DNA from: Octopus vulgaris
Taxonomy: Eukaryota
Assembly: GCA_951406725.2 (NCBI GenBank)
Contig: OX597827.1
Span: 61,256,001 to 61,320,000, forward strand
Reading direction: 5' to 3'
Length of the DNA stretch: 64,000 bases
Shown here: piece after piece, positions 54,164 to 64,000 of the stretch
Layout of the letters: each line of letters opens with the position of its first letter
Position numbering within the stretch: position 1 is the stretch's first letter
Notes under the pieces: generated by a model
Databases searched by the model: none
What the model was told of the DNA's origin: nothing
The model's input: only the letters and a program-made list of their open reading frames with translations
Program-made: the position numbers and the translations under genes

Positions 54164-54811
54164 CATCATTTCTTATTTCTTTATTGCCCACAAGGGGCTA
54201 AACATAGAGGGGACAAACAAGGACAGACAAAGGGATTAAGTCGATTAGATTGATCCCAGTGCGTAACTGGTACTTAATTTATCGACCCCAAAAGGATGAA
54301 AGGCAAAGTCAACCTCGGCGGAATTTGAACTCAGAACATAACGGCAGATGAAATACCATTGAGCATTTCACCTGGCGTGCTAACATTTCTGCTAGCTTGC
54401 CACCTTCTTGTTTGTTGTTAACACGTTTCGGCAGATATACCCTCCAGCCTTCTTCAGGTGTCTTGGAGAAATTTCGAACCTGGGTTCTCATTTCTAAGGT
54501 ATTTTTTGGTGTTATTATTATACGTTCTGAGTTCAAATTCCACCGAGGTCGACTTTGCCTTTCATCCTTTCGGGGTCGATAAATTAAGTACCAGTTACGC
54601 ACTGGGGTCGATTCCGTTTGTCTGTCCTTGTTTATCCCCTCTGTGTTTAGCCCCTTGTGGGTAGTAAAGAAATATATTATTATTATTATTGTTAGTGTTC
54701 AGGTCACTGCTTGGAATCAAACTCGGAATCTTGGGGTTAGTAGCCCGTGCTCTTAACCACTACGCCATATACCCATGGGCTTTCGATATCTGTCAAATGT
54801 AAATAATGTAC
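53972..54811 (-). mobile_element. Non-autonomous element with tRNA-like head, hammerhead motifs, 25-bp terminal inverted repeat and 13-bp TSD; contains nested SINEs
   Basis: TSD AGAGCCAATATTT at 53959-53971 and 54812-54824; IR 53971-53995 and 54786-54810; A/B boxes at 54767-54713; CTGAAGA...GAAA motifs near 54021-54064 and 54421-54461. Confidence 0.65.
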
Positions 54812-54937
54812 AGAGCCAATATTTGTTCTGTAGGTGATGCTTCTATGGAAAAGCAAGACAAACAATAATAGATTTCTTTTCTGCTCACTACAAACATAGT
54901 ATGTAAATAAATAAATGGAAAACTCTGTTTGACTTAC

Positions 54938-55091
54938 TCAGCCCTTGTCTATCTCCTGGGCCATACACGATAGCGGGTCGTACAATCACAACATTGAGAT
55001 CTGGAATGGATTTCAGCTCTTTTTCAACCGACAGCTTGTGTTTGGCCACAAATGTCCATGGATCACATTTCTTCTCCTCTGTTGCAGCCAT
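54938..55091 (-). CDS. NAD-dependent epimerase/dehydratase family protein, internal exon (MAATEEKKCDPWTFVAKHKLSVEKELKSIPDLNVVIVRPAIVYGPGDRQGL)
   Basis: cag acceptor and gtaag donor; extended-SDR motif VIVRPAIVYGPGD; 154 nt, phase 0/1; upstream Rossmann-fold exons not found in the window. Confidence 0.93.
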
Positions 55092-55124
55092 CTGCCATAG
55101 ACAAACAAACATATATATATATAG

Positions 55125-55208
55125 GAGAAGAAGGAAGAAGAAGAAGAAGAAGAAGAAGAAGAAGAAGAAGAAGGACGAAGGAAGAAGAAGAAGAAGAAGA
55201 AGAAGAAG

Positions 55209-55239
<31 letters not shown>

Positions 55240-55496
55240 TGGAAGAAGAAGAAGTTGGAAGAAGAAGAAGAAGAAGAAGAAGAAGATGGAAGAAGAAGAA
55301 GATGGAAGAAGAAGAAGATGGAAGAAGGAGAAGAAGAAGAAGAAGAAGAAGAAGAAGAAGAAGAAGAAGAAGAAGAAGAAGAAGATGGAAGAAGAAGAAG
55401 AAGAAGAAGAAGAAGATGGAAGAAGAAGAAGAAGAAGAAGAAAAAGAAAAAGTTGGAGGAAGAAGAAGAGGAGGAGGAAGAAGTTGGAAGAAGAAG

Positions 55497-55527
<31 letters not shown>

Positions 55528-55724
55528 TGGAAGAAGAAGAAGTTGGAAGAAGAAGAAGAAGAAGAAGAAGAAGAAGAAGAAGAAGAAGAAGAAGAAGAAG
55601 AAGAAGAAGAAGAAGAAGAAGAAGAAGAAGAAGAAGAAGAAGAAGAAGAAGAAGAAGAAGAAGAAGAATTTGGAAGAAGATGGAAGAAGAAGAAGAAGAA
55701 GAAGAAGAAGAAGAAGAAGAAGAA
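55125..55724 (+). repeat. About 600-bp (GAA)n tract in an epimerase intron
   Basis: direct inspection. Confidence 0.95.
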
Positions 55725-56625
55725 AACATGCTGGTATATATTTTAGACAGATGCCTGAGAGAAAAACACATTTTCTACATGATAAAGTAGAGTGAAAATT
55801 TTCTTATGGATGCGAATATGTCCCAAGCATATTTGTACTGGTAACAAATTTGTATTCATACAGATCACTACTTAGTGGTTCTGTTCTATATGTTAAAATG
55901 GTTTGTCAATATCAATGCTAATATAGGATTGATATGAATGAATAATTTTGATATAATACTGACATCAATCACTCCATATTTAAATTTTAGGACATATTGG
56001 TTACATTTTAATACAATTGTATTTGTGACGCTATATGTAACCTTAAAAAACATATTTTACTGTTTAACTCACACTCAATAATATCATAGTATTAGTACAC
56101 ACCAGATACTTGATATTTTTATCAATAATATAACAAATAAGTGTCTTAAGAATACACACATACACACACACACACACTCAGAAAAAGGGTTAGCCAAAAT
56201 GATAGCAATTTTTCCATTTTCTTAAATAAACAATCAACTATAACGAGTTTTTCATTATTCAAATAAAGCTGTAAACAATGTTTATTTAAAGTTTCAGCCA
56301 ACACTCTACCTGCTGTAGCTTACACTGCACTCAATTACTTAAATGTTGAACACCATTCTGAATTTTTTACTGATTTTAGTTATTGCATGTGAGTGCATTG
56401 TTATATTCTACAGTATTCTCTTTAGGGCATTAATCACACACACACACACACACATATGCACTATGATATTAAAAAAATATACATATAATATCATCATCAT
56501 ATATATATGTATTATAATATGTATGTATTATAAAACATATGTATTATAATACACAGATGCATTATAATACATATATTTATATATACTTACAATGATATTC
56601 ATACATAATAATAATATACATACAT

Positions 56626-56658
<33 letters not shown>

Positions 56659-56746
56659 CGCATCCAATATTATATATACATATATATAAAACATACAAAA
56701 ATATAGTTGTAAAAACTCAACATATGTATAAGATAAAAAGTATATC

Positions 56747-56777
<31 letters not shown>

Positions 56778-57132
56778 TACATAGATATATATATATGGAA
56801 ACACACAGGTAAAAAATTTTAAAAAAACATACATAAGCATGATAAAAAGTAAAAAGAAACAAAAAGGACATATTATGTAAGATGTGTCACAGCAAATTAT
56901 TATTATTTCAGAGGCTTAACTCTTTCATGGTTGTATTTCTATTGGCTGTACATCTCTGTTCTTCTGTTTTAGTTTTTCAAAATAATAAAAGAATTGTAAG
57001 AGGGTTTAGTGTAATAAATAACTTAAAAATTTTTTAAAAAATAAAAATTTTTAATGAATGATACTGAATGATAAGTGAAATCTTATCATTAACTTTCATG
57101 TAGTAAATTACATATCAGCCTGTGAGTTGAAT

Positions 57133-57360
57133 TTAACCCTTTATCATTAAACCTGGCCATATCCAGCCCAAATATTCTACATATTTTATGTTCAAACTAG
57201 CCAGATCTGGCTTCTCAAACCTACCCTACAATGTCTTTCTAAAAGTAAGCAATCACATCATCGAAATAACGAAACTATGAGACAAGGCATGATTAATTCA
57301 AAATAACGTGAATAAATAAGCATTATATTTGACAGAGTAATCTGAATGCTAAAGGGTTAA
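57133..57360. mobile_element. piggyBac-like MITE (related or similar elements near 22520-22907, 42300-42528, 22195-22348)
   Basis: TTAA-CCCTTT...AAAGGG-TTAA termini. Confidence 0.7.
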
Positions 57361-60300
57361 GTTTTCAGGCAATTTGGTAGTAAAAACGTTAAATAATATA
57401 TCTCTCTTTCAATTGATGGGTCACAGTTTCAAAGTGCGTTGTTATCTAAAGTTTATCAAAATTAAATAGATACATGAAAAAAAAAAAAAAAATTCAAGCA
57501 TGGCTGTGTGGTTAAGAAGTTTGGTATGTAACAAAGTCATTCTGGGTTCAATCTCAGTTTGTGACAACTAGGGCAAATGTTAGACTCAGATTGAACAATG
57601 TCTTGTGCATGAAATTTGGTAGACAGAGACTGTGAGTAAGTTTGGTATGTGTGTGTGTGTGTGTGTTTAAGTCTCCCTGTAACTTAGCAGTTTAGCAAAA
57701 GAGTGAGCAATAGAATGAGTACCAGAATCTCCAAAAGTTCCAGGAGCAATGAGATTGAGTACTATTGGGTTGTCCGGAAAGTTTGTGCCAATTTTTAAAC
57801 TGCTCAGTTACAGGGGGACTTAAACTGTTATTTAGTGGTGAAACAAACTCAAACACACACACACACACACACCACACACCCATATGATAGGCTTCTGCAC
57901 AGTTTCCATTTATTTACCAAATTAACCTACAATGCATAAGTCAGCCCACTTGACCAAGATGCCATGCAGTGGGATTGAACCCAAAACCATGGGATTGCAA
58001 AGTAAAATTTTTAACCACACATTTCACTGCCTGTAAAAAAAAAAAAAGAAATAATAATAAATAAAAATAAAATTTTTTAAAAGTTTAGTTTTCCTGTAAT
58101 TAGAGAACATGAGAACTAAGTGAAATCAAAAGTTATTTCACAGATGTGCAGCGAAAGAGAGCACATCACAAACTGAAGGAGTATCACAGATCAGATGTGA
58201 TGATATTTAGTATTGATCGCAACAGGATCGATAAATCTAACAGTATTGATCACAATCAGATCAATAAATTCATCAAGTTTCAAAGACTGAAAACATAATT
58301 CAATAACAGAAAAGCAACATCAATAACAACAATAATTTGAGCTAACGAAGACATACAAAAAAGTCCTGAAATTTGGTGTGGGATCTAATCAGATTAACTG
58401 GCACCAGTATATGACTGGTACTTATTTCTTTTAACCCAGGAAAGATAAAAGATAAGCTTGACCACAGACAAATTTGAACTCAGAACTCAAACTCAGATGT
58501 GACTAAATAACACGGAGTCAAACATTCTAACAATTCTGCCATATTATCATAATAATAATAATAACAATAATCCTTTCTACTAAAGGCACAAGGCCTGAAA
58601 TTTGGGGGTAGGGGACTAGTCGATTAAATCAACTCCAGTGTTTCACTGGTACTTAATTTATCAACCCCAAAGGGATGAAAGGCAAAGTCAACCTCAGCGG
58701 AATTTGAACTCAGAATGAAAGGACAGACAAAATGCTGTTGAGCATTTTGCCAAGCATGCTAACGATTCTGCCAGCTTGCCACCTTAATCATAATAATAAT
58801 AATAATAATGGTTTCAAATTTTGGCACTAGGCCAGCAATTTCAAGGGAGGGATAAGTTGATTACATTGATCCCAGAACTGAGTTGGTACTTATTTTGCCA
58901 ACCCCAAAAGGATGAAAGGCAAAGCTAAAGTCACCTTAGGCAGAATTTGAACTCAGAACATGATGACGGACAAAATGTTGCGAAGCTTTTTACCCAGTGT
59001 GTTAATGATTCAGCCAGCTCGCCACCCTAATAATAATAATAATAATAATAATAATGCTTTTCACTATAGGCACAAAGGCACAAGGTCTGAAATTTTGGAG
59101 GAGGAGCTAGTTGATTACATCAACCCCAGTGCATAACAGGTACTTATTTCATTGACCCCGAAAGGCTGAAAGTTAAAGTCGACCTTGGCAGATTTTGAAC
59201 TGGTAACATAAAGATGGGCAAAATGCTGCTAAGCATTTCACCCAGCATGCTAACGATTCTGTCAGCTCACCAGCACCATAATGATAATGATAATAATAAT
59301 AATTTGTCAGTTGTTTGACCTTAACCAGTTGAGCATGTCCCTTAGTGGCTGATGATATGTGCATCTCTGATCACGAGCAGAAGTAGTGGGGGAGCATCAT
59401 AGCCATGTATTGAGAGGGATTCTTTGGGGTTTGAATAATTCATCTCTGGAAAGAATGGGTGTTTCGTTCAATATCCTTAAACAACCCTTATTCAGGGATC
59501 TTTTGAGCGGGATGGGTTACTCGACCAGAAGAAAATTCTAACTGGGCCCCACCTGCAAGATCATGTGCTGTTTATCTTGATATGAGATCACCATGTCGTG
59601 CACATATGGTTGCGATGCATGTGCCTGATGTACCCTTATCAGACGGGTAGTCAAGATGGGTATACTGGGCTTCGTATATTTTACCCCAGTGTCACTTTGA
59701 CGGCATGCACTGCTCTCTCACTCAATAATAATAATAATAATAATAATAATATAAACACATCAACTAAAAGGCAACAACAACAAGAAGAACAAAAAAATAA
59801 TAAAAGACTGAATTTTAGCAGCTGCCAAAAAGAATTAAGCTGAGAGCAACTTCAAAAGTGTAAAAAAAAAAATTTTTTAAAAAAAGGACAACAGAAATGA
59901 ACTAAGAAATAGAGAGGAAGAAATATATTGCAGATGAGGAACGAAAAAATAAGTTTGTAAACGAACAAAAGAAGAAAAAGCTGTAAACTCGGAAAGCACA
60001 ATGACCGAGGAATTAGAGCGGACAGTTTAAAGATGAAAAAACAAAGAGAAGAAATGCCAGCAAAAAAGAAGGACGGCATTCAAGACTAACCATCATCTCG
60101 GTTATACTATGATGTTCGGGAAGCTGGAAAAAAATAATCCAGAAGAAGAACCACAAAGGATGAGAAATTCATTAAACAACAGAATGAGGAAAAAAAAGAT
60201 TCAAAACAAATCAGATTAATTAATCAATTAATGAAGAATTAATCAATATATATATAATATAATTAACCCATTAATCAGTACTTTGCAAAATTAAATATAT

Positions 60301-62919
60301 TTTGTTTCAGTGTGCAACAAAATGCTTTTTAGGAGAATATATGTGAGTGTGCATGTGTGTATATGAATGTATGTGTGGTTGGTTTTTGTTGTGTCTGGGG
60401 GGGTGTCATACTGACTTAATGCCTTAATATCTAACACACTCATCAGTTCAATTTCCACTTGTTTTTTTTTTTTTTTTTTTGAAAATTTTCGTTGCTTTTG
60501 CAACCTTGTCAATGGACTTCGTTAACAGAGTTTCAACACATGAGGAATCTTGCAAACCAGACACAAAAGCGAAGTACATATATGTAGATATGTGTGTTGT
60601 GTATATGTATGTAAGTGAATATCTATACATACATACAAACATAAATACATATATATACACACACACATATATATATATTATATTATATTGTATTATGTGG
60701 AGGCAATGGCCTAGGGGTTAGAGCAGCAGACTTGCGGTTGAGGGACGCAGGTTCGAATCTCAGACATATAATATTATATTATATTATTTAAAACAGAATG
60801 ATTTGGCTGCATGTGACAAAGTTTTGTGGGCCTTTAACAGATGCCCATCTCTTTCAGGCTTTAGATTACTGATGAAGAAATACAGGAGGTCCAAGATGGC
60901 TACCAGAAAATAGGTTGCTATTAGTCAAGGTAGGTCAAATGGTGTTGTCAGAGTAATTATCAGTTGTTCAGCAATAGCACTTCCTTTAGACAGAGGAATT
61001 TCTTTGACCACATGACTGGACAGGAAGCTGGTGGTGCTTAAATGTCATACATCTTTGCTTGGCTTCATGAACGAAGCAAAAGAAAGGGCTGGTCCATGTT
61101 AACCGCAGGCATGTTCAGGGTTGACAAGGCCACTGCGGGATAGGCAGGAATTGTCAGAGTGGCAGCAGTTGAAGGTTTGGTCAGGATTTGATGAGATGGT
61201 GTTGCAGGTTTTCCTCCTTCACCTTTTGTCTTTGAAAGTGGAGCTACAGGTGTTTTCGAAAGAGGAGACAGCATGGTTGATAGTAAGACATGAGGCATCA
61301 TGGTTCTCAGCAGGAGTGGACCACTGGTAATTGGTTGATGTGACAGGTACCAAGGGATCTTTTTTCGAACAGAATTTGTATCAATTCTTTAGTGTGATGG
61401 CCAGTGGAGTTTGTCATACAAAGTGATCTTGGGCAGGCAATGATCCTTCATCCTGGAGACACACCCTGACCAACACAGCTAGAGCTCCAGCAGCATGTAT
61501 ATGTATATATATGTGTATATCTCTCTCTTTATATGTGTGTGTGTGTGTGAACATACATTGATTTGTAGTTGATCAACGAGTAAGGAGTACTCAATACATG
61601 CCATGGAGGCGATATCTGCAGCGTTCACAAGTTGGAATGTGTCATAAAACAAGTGCAAAGTTACTAAATCTACAACTAAACAGTGATCATAATTTTAAAT
61701 TTTATCATTTCAATTCTTTATCGTTAAGTAAAAAATCTTTTAAAACCTTTTATTTGGTCATCAATAATCCTATTTTTATTAATCAAATTCATATTAATTA
61801 CTTAAATTATTAAAAGCTTTTGAGGTTCCTCATTTTTAAGCCTCTAGCTACATAACTGATGAACCAGACTTGTGTTTCAAAAGGGCCATATGCAACCTGT
61901 GGAGCATATATATATATATATATATTATATAAAATCCGTTCTGTCTGTGTGGGTGTCTTCTAGGATCTTGGGCATCCTCCATCCGATTGCGCTCAAATTT
62001 GAAATGTAGATACCGACAGTATCAGGGCGTGTATAAGTCTTGAAAAACTTACAAAAATCGATTCTAGGTGAGAATGCGATCGATAAAGCCGTGGAAACGA
62101 GCATTCGTACAAGCAAGTACATCAGCTGTTGCGATGTACTTACTGGTACTTTAAACTCTTCGGTTGCATATTTGTGTGACTAAAATTGTTTTTCTTTGGA
62201 ATAGAAAAAAAATCTATCTTTATTTCTTCTTTTGCTGGTGTCTTAAATTTAGGTTAAATCAGTGTTTCTCAAAGGGGAGGCCTATGGGACGGTCAGACAA
62301 GTTGTTTTGAGAAAATTTGGTTTAAATGCTTGACAACTTAGCACCGTCCATTGGACGGGGTCGTTTTGCTCGTATATATATATATATATATACATTTCAT
62401 CATTAATGGGTGAATGAATGAATGGACATATATATGTATGTGTGTATCTGCATGTATGTTTGTGTATGTAAGCATGCTCATATGTGTATGCATATACATG
62501 TATTTATGTTTGTGTGAAAGACACTTCATGTAGTAAACAAGAAAACAGAAAAAACTTGGATTTCAATATGTTTTTCAAACAATTTTCTTTTGTTACTTTT
62601 CCTGTAAATTAGAGAAATTTCTCCGGGACCAGAAAAATTGGCTTTTGTGAAAAATATTTTTTTTAAATGTAAGAAAAAAAAAAAAGCCAATAAAAAAGTT
62701 GTTAAAGAAACTTCATTAAAAAAAAAAAAACAGACAAACACTGTGGCTAAAAACACAATGAAAGCTAAAACAGAAATAAGATTATATTAATAGAAAACAA
62801 TAACAAAAAGCATACGAGAATAATCTAGAAAAAAAAAGGGGGGGATATATGCAAAAAATATAGAGCAGTTCAGCATTTGGAATATATACATATACATGCA
62901 CATACATGCATATACACAC

Positions 62920-62985
<66 letters not shown>

Positions 62986-63367
62986 GCATATATATTTAAA
63001 CACAAGCACATAAGCATATATACATAGGTACACACACAGAAGAGCATATATGCATATGCACACAAATATTTTTTTACACACACATACACACATTCTATTC
63101 TCTCTATAATGACACTGAACAGAGCTAGCTTCATTTTTGACAAGACAACTACATTTTACGTAGTATGGAGCTGAATTCAAAGCATATGGACTTAATAAAG
63201 TTTACACCAAGTCTATACATTGGACCTATAAGACAGCTGAAATTATACCTGTATAAAATGAAAATGTATGGGTTTCATAACATATTGGAAAATATTTGCT
63301 TTTTATAATTAATATTATAATTATAGCATTGGTATGGCTTACAATGTCTAGATAGATGGCAAGTCCG

Positions 63368-63412
<45 letters not shown>

Positions 63413-64000
63413 TAGTAAAAACAATAAAGAATGGAGTTAGTGATATTAATTTAATACATTGTTTAGAATCATATTGCCAATTTATATTTTAACCAATCTT
63501 GTATCTTGTTCATTAACATGTCAGCAATTATTGATTTAGTCTTATTCTTTGAGTAAAATGTTCTTTCTTGGTGTATAAAGGAATTGATTCCTCAGAACAT
63601 TAGTGCCTGACTGGCCCTTGTGCCGGTGGAATGTAAAAGCACTCACTACACTCTCAGGATTGTTGGTGTTAGGAAGGGCATCCAGCTGTAGAAACTCTGC
63701 CAGATCAGATTGGAGCCTGTTGCCGCCATCTGGTTCGCCAGTCCTCAGTCAAATTGTCCAACCCATGCTAGCATGGAAAGTAGACATTAAACGATGATGA
63801 TGATGATGATATATATATATATATATATATATTGTTACTATTATGCAAAAGTGTCATAAGTCCAAAAAGTTGTTTTTTCAGAAAACGAAAAAATAGTTTC
63901 ACCCTTCCATTTCTTTTTACATTAGCAACAGTTTCAGCTTAACAATAATACTTTGTTGGGTGCATTAAATCATAACTCCATGCATGTATGATATTTTCAG

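Noticed and set aside
54994-55795. Poly-E/K/R ORFs of about 250 aa
   Set aside because: (GAA)n microsatellite in an intron; the same applies to the ORFs at 2408-3080, 25511-26928 and 50297-50608
58197-58290. Possible C/D box snoRNA on + (GTGATGA...CTGA)
   Set aside because: Antisense to the surrounding host intron, poor terminal stem, no recognisable rRNA guide
60850-61500. Non-microsatellite stretch with short ORFs
   Set aside because: Stops in the frames examined, no matching splice pattern and no epimerase N-terminal motifs; probably an old LINE remnant

Overview
AT-rich, repeat-dense animal genomic DNA, most likely octopus (cephalopod), inferred from the SINE/LINE families and microsatellite load. 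Almost all ORF-track entries are microsatellite or transposon artefacts. Two spliced genes were reconstructed by hand, both 5'-truncated by the window and convergent. (1) On + (3324-16411), the 3' part of a highly divergent, yolk-ferritin-like gene. Its Cys-containing BC-loop insertion is encoded by phase-0 microexons of 21, 21, 15 and 45 nt, three of which arose by tandem duplication of an intron-exon unit. The visible ferroxidase and 3-fold-channel acidic residues appear lost. (2) On - (55091-45041), six exons of an atypical NAD-dependent epimerase/dehydratase (extended SDR). The non-coding space holds Gypsy, mariner, RTE, CR1/L2, R4/Dong, Helitron, MITE and tRNA-SINE copies. It also holds about a dozen type I hammerhead-ribozyme motifs with short palindromic stem III, mostly in (TA)n-flanked Penelope/retrozyme-like repeats. 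One of these is an intact ribozyme in a 504-bp-period, retrozyme-like insertion, and another lies in an element with a tRNA-like Pol III head.
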